A stretch of 40,482 nt of DNA from Candidatus Thorarchaeota archaeon (GCA_020348985.1 CP070761.1:3018214-3058695); one strand, 5' to 3'. Positions 20,111 through 29,829 are shown, counted from the stretch's first letter. Notes: generated by a model from the letters alone, not told the origin. Program-made: numbers and translations.

Positions 20111-20832
20111 GTGCTACATGAGTCTACTACTGATTCATTTGGAACATGAATCCTGAATGCAGTGAATTCGCATGCATCCAGACTGATATCCCACTTGTGG
20201 GCTGAAACTATGCCTTTGACGATGCTCAATCCGAAACCACCGTCAGGTTTGGAACTTGTCCGGGAGTGAAGCAACTTCGCCCGTACTTCTGGCGTGATTG
20301 GATGTCCATTGTTTCTGACAACCAAGTCGACACCGTTTTCGACATACTCCACACAAACTTCGATTCTTCCTGCTTCCCCATGTTCAATTGCGTTGAGAAA
20401 GAGATTCTGAAAGACTCGTTCAAGTTTCTCCGGGTCTCCCAGTACGATCGGAAGTGAGCCTATGGAGAATTGAACCTCGGGAGAGATTAATGTTGAAGCA
20501 AGATTGAGAACGATTTCGTTCAAATCAGTACTTTCAATTGATACACGATAACAAGCGGAATCGACTTGCTGAATAGACCGGCTCATCATTCTCATTAGCC
20601 GGTGAGCTGCTTGAACTATCGCGTCAACATACTCTGGACGATTCTCTATTCTCATGAGCTCAGCATATCCAACAACTCCGCTCAATGCGCCTCGAACGTC
20701 GTGCGCTAGAGAGTGAAGGTGTGAGCTGATTTCTTTTCGCTGTTCTTCTAAGGCTGCTTGAAGCTTCTTGCAGCGGTCGCGTAGTTCCTCCATAGAGGCG
20801 AACTCAGTCTGTCTTGCAGCTTGTTTGCTCAT
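20107..20832 (-). CDS. Histidine kinase (HisKA + HATPase), no sensor domain
   Basis: H-box LAHDVRGAL, N-box VFQNLFLNAIEHG, G1 RNNG, G2 GGFGLSIV; start uncertain (ORF track extends to 20904). Confidence 0.85.
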   Translation of the reverse strand: MSKQAARQTEFASMEELRDRCKKLQAALEEQRKEISSHLHSLAHDVRGALSGVVGYAELMRIENRPEYVDAIVQAAHRLMRMMSRSIQQVDSACYRVSIESTDLNEIVLNLASTLISPEVQFSIGSLPIVLGDPEKLERVFQNLFLNAIEHGEAGRIEVCVEYVENGVDLVVRNNGHPITPEVRAKLLHSRTSSKPDGGFGLSIVKGIVSAHKWDISLDACEFTAFRIHVPNESVVDSCST

Positions 20833-20953
20833 TGGAATCCAAGCCCCAAGTCCCCGTGCGGACAATACTTGGCAAGTGGTGTACTGCACTACAATCTCTT
20901 GCATTGACTTGGATTATATTCACCACCAAAACTGAGGGCTCAATCAACCAATC

Positions 20954-22189
20954 CTAGAATTCGAGCTTGAAAGACAGGAACCGTCGGAACGTTTCTGAAT
21001 GATCACCTGGGACCACAACATGATGGTTTGCAAGAGACCCTTCAAGGAAGTAACTGACAGGTTCATCCAGTCTGACTCGTATCTGTGTCCGGCAAGCGTT
21101 GTCGCTTCGAGTGCTTTCCACGATTTCGCCGCTCGACACCCAGTATTCGTCAAGAGATGAGCCGGACACTTTGAGAATAGTGACCGGTTGAGGCTTGAAT
21201 CGACCACGAATCGCTACGCTAGACCCCGTCTCATAGTGTGTGGTGATCTCATAATCTTCTAACAACGAGGTGGGACATGTACAATGGGCGAACAATGCAG
21301 TATTCTCTTCTGAATCGACATCTGCAACATTGGCCATGAAGGAGGGCCTACCTGTCAATATCTCCGCTAGCATCATTGTGAATGTTGATGGTATGTCGCC
21401 CTCACATCCTGCTGTTATGCCGTCTTGATCGTTGAGGTGGGAGAGCGCATGACATCCTGAAACGTCTTTTTCTTCAAAGAGCCTGAAGCATTCGACAGTA
21501 ACGGTGTTGAGTCCCTTTTCAGTGATGAACTCCTTCAGAGTCTGTGAAAAAACCGCCGCCCGCTCTAGCTCGTCATTAGGTCTATCAACATTCATAGCAC
21601 CGTCGACGAGTTCTTTCAGAACAGGCTCATAGTCAGGTGACAACTTGTCACCCATTCTGTGTAGTAGGTCATTGAGTGAAAACTCCTCAATCTCAAAACC
21701 CCATTTGTCCTTGACTGCTAGGGGATCAACGCTGGATCCAACCAACCAAAAAGACGGATTGCCCACAATCCCAAAACGCGTTCCTCGTATCTTTTCTTCC
21801 ACCAAGGCGAAGGCTACCCATTCACTCAGTTCTTTCATGAGATCCTCAATTTGATTGTGGATGATTCTAGACTCGAATCCCATCTTCTGCAATCCGGTCC
21901 TTGCTTCCATTGCGGCAGGCAAGGAGTTTCTCCCCTCGTAGCTGAGAAGACGAATGGGTTGCTCAAGACTTGCTGATTGAACGAACTCTATAATCGCGTT
22001 CTCTGTGCCCCCGGTGCCTACGAAGATGTAGTTATGGTCACCTAGAGCGCTGACCGTGTTCTTCAGCAAATCCAGGAATTCATTGTCATTGTAAACTGAG
22101 GCTCCGGTTTCCTCCAGCGTGCCCGCCAAATCCTGCTCAAGACCTTCAGGAGAAACAGGCGAAACGAAATGAATGATGTTAACGCCCAT
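20954..22189 (-). CDS. L-fucose/L-arabinose isomerase family protein
   Basis: GTGGTE, NSLPAAME, VECF, CEGD, AHCT, CRTQ, ANHHVV; start uncertain (ORF track extends to 22216). Confidence 0.8.
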   Translation of the reverse strand: MGVNIIHFVSPVSPEGLEQDLAGTLEETGASVYNDNEFLDLLKNTVSALGDHNYIFVGTGGTENAIIEFVQSASLEQPIRLLSYEGRNSLPAAMEARTGLQKMGFESRIIHNQIEDLMKELSEWVAFALVEEKIRGTRFGIVGNPSFWLVGSSVDPLAVKDKWGFEIEEFSLNDLLHRMGDKLSPDYEPVLKELVDGAMNVDRPNDELERAAVFSQTLKEFITEKGLNTVTVECFRLFEEKDVSGCHALSHLNDQDGITAGCEGDIPSTFTMMLAEILTGRPSFMANVADVDSEENTALFAHCTCPTSLLEDYEITTHYETGSSVAIRGRFKPQPVTILKVSGSSLDEYWVSSGEIVESTRSDNACRTQIRVRLDEPVSYFLEGSLANHHVVVPGDHSETFRRFLSFKLEF

Positions 22190-22299
22190 GTCATTAACGG
22201 ACCAAATCTGTAACATATCTCTTTAGATGTGTCAAACAGCAACCGAAAGTGACTAGTATCAGGCCTTTTCCCCAGAACGGGACAGTGAAGTGAGTCACA

Positions 22300-23739
22300 A
22301 TGAGCAAGACTGAAGCCGTCAAGTGGATAGACGACAATGAATCTGAGATTATTTCGGTGAGTGACAAGGTCTGGGAGTTTGCAGAACTTGGCCTTGTGGA
22401 ATACAAATCGGCAGCATTGCTTGCCGATACACTCGAGAAGTACGGTTTCTCTGTGCAAAGAGAGGTTGCCGATATGCCCACCGCGTTCGTGGCATCGTAT
22501 GGTGAAGGTATTCCCGTGATTGGAGTCATGGGAGAGTATGATGCACTTCCTGGACTTTCTCAGAAGGCAGTTAGTCACGAAGAACCATTAGTGAAAGGGG
22601 CACCTGGACATGGGTGTGGCCATAATATCCATGGAGCTTCAGGAATGGCGGCCGCTATTGCACTCAGAGTCGCAATGGAGACCAACATGATTGGAGGGAC
22701 TGTCAAGTTCTTTGGATGTCCTGCGGAGGAGACGTACAGTGGAAAGGTGTTCATGGTCAGAGCGGGTCTCTTCGACGATGTAGATGTTGCTCTTAGCCAC
22801 CATCCTGGGTTCCTTAACCACGCGGAGCTTAGTAGCTCTTTGGCCGTTTACTCCGTCAAGTTTCACTTCCATGGAGTTGCATCTCACGCAGCCGCCTCAC
22901 CTGACAGGGGAAGAGGGGCTCTCGATGCAGTCGAGCTCATGAATGTTGGAGTCAACTACATGAGAGAACATGTCATCCAAGAGGCAAGAATACACTACGT
23001 GATCGAGAAGGGAGGCCTTCAGCCTAATGTCGTTCCAGCGTATGCGAGGAGCTGGTATTATGTGCGAGCACCTGAGCGAGATCAACTTGACCCGATATAT
23101 GAATGGGTCTTGAAGATTGCCGACGGTGCAGACCTAATGGCGCGCACAACGCATGAAGTCCAGTTTTTGGAGGGCTGCTCAAACGTCATTCCCAACAGAG
23201 GTCTTGCTGAACTCGTCACGGCCAATATGCGAGAGATAGGAACTCCGGAATACACAAGTGATGAGATGAAATTCGCCAGAGAAATCGGGACGACGATATC
23301 AAGGGAGGACAAGATTACCCAACTTCGTCAAAAGAAGCGTCCCAACTGGGAAGAGCTACTTGACATTGATATTGATCGTTCGGTACTCGACCCATGGGAT
23401 GAAGGCGAAATCACGCCTGGCTCGACAGATGTCGGAGACGTTAGCTGGGTCACTCCTACAATGGAGTTCTACACTGCAACCAGTGTGGTTGGAGTCCCTT
23501 TTCATTCGTGGCAAAACGTCGCAGTCAGTGGGATGGGCGTGGGTCATCGCTCCCTGATCTTTGCTGCGAAGGTGATAGCAGGAAGTGCAATTGATCTACT
23601 CACGAAACCTGAATTGCTGAAAACAGTCCGTGAAGAACATATCAAGAGACTTGGAGGCAGGAAGTACAAGTCTCCCATTCCAGACGATAGAATGCCTCCG
23701 CTAGATGTGGCTCGCGAGGCGGCAGAATCTCCGGGATGA
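22300..23739 (+). CDS. abgB: M20 amidohydrolase, p-aminobenzoyl-glutamate hydrolase subunit B-like
   Basis: GEYDALPGLSQ, GHGCGHN, GCPAEE, GSTDVGDVSW, HSWQ. Confidence 0.85.
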   Translation: MSKTEAVKWIDDNESEIISVSDKVWEFAELGLVEYKSAALLADTLEKYGFSVQREVADMPTAFVASYGEGIPVIGVMGEYDALPGLSQKAVSHEEPLVKGAPGHGCGHNIHGASGMAAAIALRVAMETNMIGGTVKFFGCPAEETYSGKVFMVRAGLFDDVDVALSHHPGFLNHAELSSSLAVYSVKFHFHGVASHAAASPDRGRGALDAVELMNVGVNYMREHVIQEARIHYVIEKGGLQPNVVPAYARSWYYVRAPERDQLDPIYEWVLKIADGADLMARTTHEVQFLEGCSNVIPNRGLAELVTANMREIGTPEYTSDEMKFAREIGTTISREDKITQLRQKKRPNWEELLDIDIDRSVLDPWDEGEITPGSTDVGDVSWVTPTMEFYTATSVVGVPFHSWQNVAVSGMGVGHRSLIFAAKVIAGSAIDLLTKPELLKTVREEHIKRLGGRKYKSPIPDDRMPPLDVAREAAESPG

Positions 23740-24167
23740 CTTTGATGGAGACAGGAGATAATATCATGAGTTCCATGAGTAATGAAGAAAGCGGTTGCTC
23801 CGGAGCGTTACTCGGAGTAGCAGTAATGACGATTGGGTCACTGGTTGGATTCTACCTGTTCTTCAATGCGCTGTTCTCTGATGGATCAGTCATTCAGGCC
23901 ATTTTCACTTTCATGTTCGTTGCCGTTGTAAGCGTCTTAGTGGGAGTATCCATAATAGTGCGGTCTCAAGGAGGACTGCAGACAGTAGTCATGACTACAC
24001 GAAGAGAACGTCAAGCAGTTGAGAGAACGTACGTCTACGAACCTCCGAGGTTCTGCTCAACTTGTGGCGGCGATTTGAATCCACAGAATGTAGAATGGAC
24101 TGGCCCCTTGACCGTGAAGTGTCCGTACTGTGGCGCATCACACAATGCGATCAAGAGAGAAGTGTGA
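23736..24167 (+). CDS. Two-TM membrane protein with C-terminal zinc ribbon
   Basis: Two hydrophobic helices, then CSTC..CPYC; ATGA overlap with the upstream stop. Confidence 0.75.
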   Translation: MTLMETGDNIMSSMSNEESGCSGALLGVAVMTIGSLVGFYLFFNALFSDGSVIQAIFTFMFVAVVSVLVGVSIIVRSQGGLQTVVMTTRRERQAVERTYVYEPPRFCSTCGGDLNPQNVEWTGPLTVKCPYCGASHNAIKREV

Positions 24168-24192
24168 TTTCATTTCACCGGTTCGGACGATA

Positions 24193-24708
24193 TTAGCTGA
24201 GTTTTTGAATCTGCTCAGCGAGGAACTTGGCCACTTCAGAAACTTCGTAGGGCCATGCGTAGATTATTCTCGCTTCAGGATAACGTTCCTGAATTCTCTC
24301 TATCGCTTCAGGAATGTCAACCTCCGAGTGCTCTCCGCCCTTTGTCATCATTGGGGTCACCACAGTGACTTTGCCAGAACCAGATTCGATAGCAGCTTCT
24401 ATCGAGCCGTCAATAGATGGTTCGCAGAATTCATTGAAACCTACGACAACTTCGAGCCCTATCTCATTGGACAGTTCCTGAGCAAGAACTTGAGAGGCAT
24501 TCCAGTAGGGATCATTTTCAGACGTCCTAGGCCAACTTCGGATTCGACGCTCCAAATCATCATGACGGGCTCGTTCCTGTTTAGAGATAGATTGCGAAAC
24601 ATGTTCCAACCTGAAGTGTATTCCGAAGAACTCTACAAGCTCTTCTCGAGGGAAGTCTGTTGGAGGCGAACCATGCATCGCCAAGACAATTGTAGTTCTT
24701 TCTGGCAT
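24193..24708 (-). CDS. CbiX/SirB-family chelatase (single domain)
   Basis: LAMHGSP, GFNEFCEPSI, PMMTKGGEHSEVDIP, YAWP. Confidence 0.82.
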   Translation of the reverse strand: MPERTTIVLAMHGSPPTDFPREELVEFFGIHFRLEHVSQSISKQERARHDDLERRIRSWPRTSENDPYWNASQVLAQELSNEIGLEVVVGFNEFCEPSIDGSIEAAIESGSGKVTVVTPMMTKGGEHSEVDIPEAIERIQERYPEARIIYAWPYEVSEVAKFLAEQIQKLS

Positions 24709-24800
24709 GATTCTGACCTCTATCTAGGATGACGTAAATCTCGTTCGATATGGCATTTGGGAGTGATTGTATTCCACATGATGAGTTGAAGGATAAGAGC

Positions 24801-24825
24801 ACACGGCCGCAATTCACGGCCGTGT
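24801..24825 (-). terminator. GC-rich hairpin downstream of the MBL gene
   Basis: ACACGGCCG-7 nt-CGGCCGTGT perfect 9-bp stem, 13 nt after the stop codon. Confidence 0.45.
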
Positions 24826-24838
24826 TGTGATACTTGGT

Positions 24839-25648
24839 CTATGTGCCGCCGTCTATCTCAAAGGTATACGACTCGAAGTGGGCCAGTTCCAATATCTCAC
24901 AATTGGTTCTCTGGTTGATGAGTCCTTGATAAACAGTACAGAAGTCCTCATTGTCGTCACCTTGGAAATGTATCGGTACGAAGTAATCAGGATTAATCAC
25001 GTCAAGCGCATCAACAACCTCTACCTCTGCCATGGTCTGGCATCCAGGCCCGAGTGGCAACATGGCAACATCGATTGCACCAGTCAGCTGCGCGTACTCG
25101 GGTAAGTTCTTGGAATCACCTGCGTGAAAGATTGTGAAACCGTCAACGTCGATGATGTAGCTCGTCCAGTTTGCTTCCTCCGGATGACCTGCAGGGATGT
25201 CCTCGTATCCTGGAGGACTCCAGGTGTACATATAGAAAGCAGTGATATTGATATCTCCAACCTGTACCTGGTCACCTGGAGTGACGCCAATGGCGTCATG
25301 TCGGTTTATCTCGGTCGTCATGTTTTCGGGAAAGATGAAGACCGTGTCATCGGTCTCGATCAATTCAATTGAGGAGTAGTCATAATGGTCTCCATGGGGG
25401 TGAGTAACCAGAATGGCATCTGCAGGAAGATCCGATTGATTATCAGGCAGATCATAAGGGTCGACATAGATCCGCAATCCCATTGCCTCAATCATGACGC
25501 CCGCATTTTCGAGGAGTGTGAGCTCGATTGATTCGTCACCCGGGGCAGTGCCAGGCTGAAACATGATTAATCCGATTGAAGCGGCCGCTGCTATAACTAT
25601 TACAGCTCCAATAGCTGCGAAAATCCGAGTTCTGCTCGAGAGTGCCAT
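24839..25648 (-). CDS. Membrane-anchored metallo-beta-lactamase-fold hydrolase
   Basis: N-terminal TM, THPHGDH, HAGD, PIH; TATA-like TTTTTAAT about 27 bp upstream of ATG 25648 (ORF track extends to 25783). Confidence 0.85.
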   Translation of the reverse strand: MALSSRTRIFAAIGAVIVIAAAASIGLIMFQPGTAPGDESIELTLLENAGVMIEAMGLRIYVDPYDLPDNQSDLPADAILVTHPHGDHYDYSSIELIETDDTVFIFPENMTTEINRHDAIGVTPGDQVQVGDINITAFYMYTWSPPGYEDIPAGHPEEANWTSYIIDVDGFTIFHAGDSKNLPEYAQLTGAIDVAMLPLGPGCQTMAEVEVVDALDVINPDYFVPIHFQGDDNEDFCTVYQGLINQRTNCEILELAHFESYTFEIDGGT

Positions 25649-25744
25649 AATTCCAAGGGTCCAGGCTCGTTTGATTAAAAAGTGAGGTTCAACGCAGTGA
25701 GGTTTCTTGCAGCTGCTTTTAACTAGCGCTGGTCGATTCTTGTC

Positions 25745-25782
25745 ACAGAAAACAGAGATGGATGGGCTTTGATACCCATCCA
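25745..25782 (-). terminator. Hairpin plus pyrimidine tract after the DUF6935-like gene
   Basis: Minus strand TGGATGGG-8 nt-CCCATCCA followed by TCTCTGTTTTCT, 6 nt after the stop codon. Confidence 0.55.
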
Positions 25783-25788
25783 CAAAGT

Positions 25789-26310
25789 CTAGAAATCGCC
25801 TTCCTCAGAAGCGGGCTTCTTCACGCCTGTGCAGATTGAGCTATACTCGGTTAGTTTCCATTGTCCATGCTTGTTCTGGCGTACCTGAACCGGGGTTGGG
25901 TTGTCTTTCCCTCCACTCTGAATGAATATCTTCAGATGCTTGTCACCCATTTCTTGCTCTCTGACGATAGTCATTGCGAGGTTGCTCTTGGAGAACTTGT
26001 AGTCGTTCTCGTTAGTGCCGCCAACATAAGACCGAGCAATGTTTGGATTCTTGGCGAACTGCTGGACGAAGTATCCTCCGCCTCTAGCTCTGAGTTTCAA
26101 TCCTGAAGGGGATCTGTCATCCTCGTCGCTGTCTCTCTTTGACACAACCACGGTCATCATTGCATCGGCAAGCTTCGGATCGTCTTCTATATTCAGTGCG
26201 GCAATGAGATAGTACATTATGGGTTCGTATGGAGATTCAGCATCCTTCTCCCATGCCGCCTTGAACTTGTCGAAATCAGTAATCATGGATTTTGTGACTT
26301 TCTTTCCCAT
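25789..26310 (-). CDS. Conserved hypothetical protein (DUF6935-like)
   Basis: NIARSYVGG..NDY, SGGKDNPTPV, WKLTEYSS; strong SD GGAGG upstream. Confidence 0.6.
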   Translation of the reverse strand: MGKKVTKSMITDFDKFKAAWEKDAESPYEPIMYYLIAALNIEDDPKLADAMMTVVVSKRDSDEDDRSPSGLKLRARGGGYFVQQFAKNPNIARSYVGGTNENDYKFSKSNLAMTIVREQEMGDKHLKIFIQSGGKDNPTPVQVRQNKHGQWKLTEYSSICTGVKKPASEEGDF

Positions 26311-26408
26311 CTGAGACTCCTCCCCTCCTTCGACATCATTGGAATAAAAAGGGATTTCGGAAGCGGACTTCTCCTTCCTACCAGAATCATGGCCATCTCA
26401 TCCCTATG

Positions 26409-26972
26409 CTACTGGGCGAGGTCTCTTTCTACTTGACCATCACGAACAAGACCCCAATCGCAAAACCCAAGGTTGTCCCATCGTTCTGGCGAGTGCTCTT
26501 CAATCCCCAGCAGATGAGAGAAGTAGAGAGTAAGGACAACTCCATGGGAGACAACCAGAATCTTGTCTGAGTTGTACCGGGATTCAACATTTGCCACGCC
26601 AGCCAAGAATCGTTTCAAAGCCGCTCTTGGTTTCTCCCACCCTAACTCTTCATGGTCGGGATTCACCAAGGCCCTATGAATGGCCTGTCTGTAGCCTGCG
26701 GTTGTCATCATGAGACCGTGATCTCGATTCAACTCATTGAAGTATGGGTCTTGGATAATTGGTACTTTGCACTTGATAGCCAGGGGTCCTGCAGTCTGAT
26801 ACGCTTTGGGCTCTTCGGAAGAGATCAGAACATCAACCTCGTCGAAAGTGCCGAGGAGCGCCAACTTGACTGCTTGTTCTCTTCCTTTTCCGGAAAGAGG
26901 CCATTTGCTTGGCGGGAGTTCGTACACGATGCTAGTTTCTGCGTGACGAAGGAAGTACAATTCTTTGGACAT
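26409..26972 (-). CDS. Histidine phosphatase (phosphoglycerate mutase-like) family
   Basis: LRHAE, LSGKG..QA, SS..KAYQTA, VSHG (ORF track extends to 26987). Confidence 0.88.
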   Translation of the reverse strand: MSKELYFLRHAETSIVYELPPSKWPLSGKGREQAVKLALLGTFDEVDVLISSEEPKAYQTAGPLAIKCKVPIIQDPYFNELNRDHGLMMTTAGYRQAIHRALVNPDHEELGWEKPRAALKRFLAGVANVESRYNSDKILVVSHGVVLTLYFSHLLGIEEHSPERWDNLGFCDWGLVRDGQVERDLAQ

Positions 26973-27348
26973 GGAACGGCCCGCCATACATGTTATCTGA
27001 TTGTTCTCGCCTCTCTTGATGAATCTTAAGTTTCCATTTTGAGTATGGAGCTTGAGGCCACGCTCGATTACGAATGTGTGTGTTAGTACAGCTGTACTGT
27101 TATGAAGTCGTACTTAGAGTCTTCCCGACTATATCTCAGTTACCTCAAGAGGCGTTTTCGCGAGTACTTCGAAGCCAGTCTTCGTTTTGGTTGGACCCAT
27201 CTGACTGCGCAGCAACTCATATACATTGTCAGATTTGCTTCATGCCAACATTATTATATTGAGTTCACAATCGTTAATTGAGCACATGTGAGCAAGTGGC
27301 CGACATATCTTTACGCCACTGTTGTGGACGCACTGGGAGGAAGCTTGA

Positions 27349-27870
27349 ATGGAGATTTTTCCTGTCGTAACTGGATCGAATTTGCTTGGGAACGAAATCG
27401 AGATACCGATGGAGCTGCATGGCTCTCTCAACATACTTGTCATTGCCTATCAGAGATGGCAACAGTCCCTAGTTGATAGTTGGGTTCCTTATTTGAAGAA
27501 GCTAACGAATGAGATTCCCGATGTCGACTACTATGAGCTGCCAACAATAAGAAGAATGAACTGGCTCTCAAGGAGTTTCATAAACAACGGAATGAAGGCG
27601 GGCATACCATCTGGAGATACAAGAGGCAGAACCATTACGTTATACATTGACAAAGAGGAATTCAACAGGGCACTGGATGTGACAAGTGAAGATACAATCC
27701 ACATTTTCTTGGTTGATTTGAAGGGGCAGATACATTGGAGAGGGGAGGGCTCATTCAATGAACAGATTGCTATGCAATTGAAACAGGCCATAGAAGAAGA
27801 ACTCGCTCACAGGGAGAATGAGAAGAGCTTGAGTTTGTCTGATTCCAACAATGGAGAATCGCAGAATTGA
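27349..27870 (+). CDS. Thioredoxin-like-fold protein without CxxC (ATP10-like)
   Basis: FPVVTGSNL, AYQRWQQSLVDSW, YYELP, GMKAGIP, FLVD..GQIHWRGEG; SD GGAGG. Confidence 0.6.
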   Translation: MEIFPVVTGSNLLGNEIEIPMELHGSLNILVIAYQRWQQSLVDSWVPYLKKLTNEIPDVDYYELPTIRRMNWLSRSFINNGMKAGIPSGDTRGRTITLYIDKEEFNRALDVTSEDTIHIFLVDLKGQIHWRGEGSFNEQIAMQLKQAIEEELAHRENEKSLSLSDSNNGESQN

Positions 27871-28775
27871 GAATAGGCTATCCGTGCATCAATCTAAGAA
27901 TTGGCTGTACAAGCTCCGCGACCTTTCGATTGAAGTCCTACACAGAGGAGAGACTTGTTTCCAAGATCGAATCAAACCTCGACTGCCTTCAGAAAATACT
28001 GGAGTTCAATGTCGACAATCAGATACTGAACTTCCGGATAACCTCAGATCTTGTTCCGTTTGCGAGTCACCCGATTTGTAAATATGATTGGATGTCCCAC
28101 TTTGCAGGAGAATTCGCACGAATAGGCAGATATGCAAAGAAAGAAGGCATTCGGTTATCCATGCATCCAGGCCAGTATACAGTACTGAATTCTCCTCATG
28201 AAAGAGTGTTGATGAACAGCATTGTTGAACTCGAGTATCATGCTAGCGTACTCGACCTACTCAAAGCTGATAGAACAGCTAAGATCCAAATCCACGTAGG
28301 TGGTGTCTATGGTAATAAGGAGGCCGCAATGAGCCGCTTCTTAGTCAATTATGATGAACTTGATCGAAGAGTCTCACGCCGGCTGGTGGTCGAGAACGAT
28401 GAGAAGAGCTATACTGTTAATGACCTTCTTATGCTGAATGAGCTCGCGCAAATCCCTATTGTGCTCGACACTCTTCACCATGAAGCTAATGATTCAGGAA
28501 TGAAATTGGAACAAGCTATCGAATTGTCTTCGACAACGTGGAATGGAGGCAGCCCAGCGATTGTCGATTACAGTTCACAGGCCCCTGAAGGCAGAGCAGG
28601 CAAGCATGCAGAAACGATAGACATCATTCACTTCCAACGCTTTTTGGAGCAATCTGTCGGTTATGATTTCGATTTAATGCTTGAAATAAAGGACAAGGAA
28701 TCGTCCGCGATTAAGGCCATTGGAGTTGCCAAATCTGATTCAAGATTCATCCCAAAACCTATGTTGACCGTCTGA
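27867..28775 (+). CDS. uvsE: UV DNA damage endonuclease
   Basis: RIGYPC, FRITSDLVPFASHP, SMHPGQY, HVGG, ENDE, DTLHH, MLEIKDKE. Confidence 0.93.
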   Translation: MRIGYPCINLRIGCTSSATFRLKSYTEERLVSKIESNLDCLQKILEFNVDNQILNFRITSDLVPFASHPICKYDWMSHFAGEFARIGRYAKKEGIRLSMHPGQYTVLNSPHERVLMNSIVELEYHASVLDLLKADRTAKIQIHVGGVYGNKEAAMSRFLVNYDELDRRVSRRLVVENDEKSYTVNDLLMLNELAQIPIVLDTLHHEANDSGMKLEQAIELSSTTWNGGSPAIVDYSSQAPEGRAGKHAETIDIIHFQRFLEQSVGYDFDLMLEIKDKESSAIKAIGVAKSDSRFIPKPMLTV

Positions 28776-28803
28776 CAATGAACACCGGAGTTGTGGTATC
28801 TAG

Positions 28804-29829
28804 ATGAGATTGGAGAGAATATTGGTTCTTGGGGCGACAGGATATGTAGGATCAAGGTTGGTTTTGAGGCTCCTGTCTGAAGGCTACAGAGTAAGGGCAT
28901 CTTGGAGATCTGAAAACAAGCTATTGAGCTGCTCATGGTCCGATGACCCAAGAGTTGAGCTTGTGCAAACAGATGTGAGAGATCAGGAGTCTCTCTACAA
29001 AGCCGTGGAAGGCTGCCATGCAGCGTTCTATCTGATTCATTCAATGTACGCTGGTTCAAGATTCTCTCAAATGGACACTCTGGCCTCCAAGAACATGGTA
29101 GAGACATCTCGTGACTCTGACCTTCAGAGGATTGTGTATCTCGGAGGACTAGGTACGACCGAGGATTCTTTGAGTCCACACCTTCGATCGAGAGCGAAAG
29201 TTGGGAGAATACTACAATCCGGCCCGGTCCCTGTGACAATCTTGAGGGCAGCAATGATTCTAGGAGCTGGGAGCGCTTCTTTTGAAATACTGAGATACTT
29301 GGTGGAAAGACTGCCGCTAATGACCACTCCAAGATGGGTTCGTACAAACACACAACCAATTGCGATCAGCAATGCTTTGGAGTATCTTGTGAAATGCCTA
29401 GACGAGCCTGACACATCCAATCGAACTCTAGATATTGGCGGTCCGGCCGTTACAACATACGAATCTCTGATGAAAGTCTACGCAGAGGTTGCAGGACTTG
29501 TAAAAAGAGTCATCATTCCGATACCTCTTCTTACTCCCAGCCTTAGCTCTTACTGGCTCAAACTCGTTACTCCTGTACCCTTGGCTTTAGCTCGACCTTT
29601 AATCGAAAGCCTAAGGAATGAGACAGTCTGTGAGAGTAACGAAATCAGAACGCTGATTCCCCAGAGACTCCTTTCCTATAGAGAAGCTTTTAGGAGGGCA
29701 CTAGCCGATCCGCGGCGAAAGCCTTCTAGCTCGTATCCTGAGAGTGAAGTTATGCCATTTGTGCCCGAGTGGGCTCAGCCAAGCGATCCTAGGTGGGCCA
29801 GTGGGCCAAGTCTTCGATTACCCTTCTAA
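28804..29829 (+). CDS. Atypical SDR / NAD(P)H-binding protein (YbjT-like N-terminal domain)
   Basis: GATGYVG, YLIHSM, YLGGLG, SPHLRSR, GSASFEILRYL. Confidence 0.85.
   Translation: MRLERILVLGATGYVGSRLVLRLLSEGYRVRASWRSENKLLSCSWSDDPRVELVQTDVRDQESLYKAVEGCHAAFYLIHSMYAGSRFSQMDTLASKNMVETSRDSDLQRIVYLGGLGTTEDSLSPHLRSRAKVGRILQSGPVPVTILRAAMILGAGSASFEILRYLVERLPLMTTPRWVRTNTQPIAISNALEYLVKCLDEPDTSNRTLDIGGPAVTTYESLMKVYAEVAGLVKRVIIPIPLLTPSLSSYWLKLVTPVPLALARPLIESLRNETVCESNEIRTLIPQRLLSYREAFRRALADPRRKPSSSYPESEVMPFVPEWAQPSDPRWASGPSLRLPF

Noticed and set aside
27129-27443. Selenocysteine read-through at TGA 27240-27242 on the minus strand
   Set aside because: The upstream ORF is partly antisense to a real gene, has no redox motif and resembles no selenoprotein family
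28661-29359. Long alternative-frame or antisense ORFs (for example 28661-29359, 24130-24732, 10199-10693, 22063-22578)
   Set aside because: They overlap well-supported genes and carry no recognisable motifs; treated as shadow ORFs
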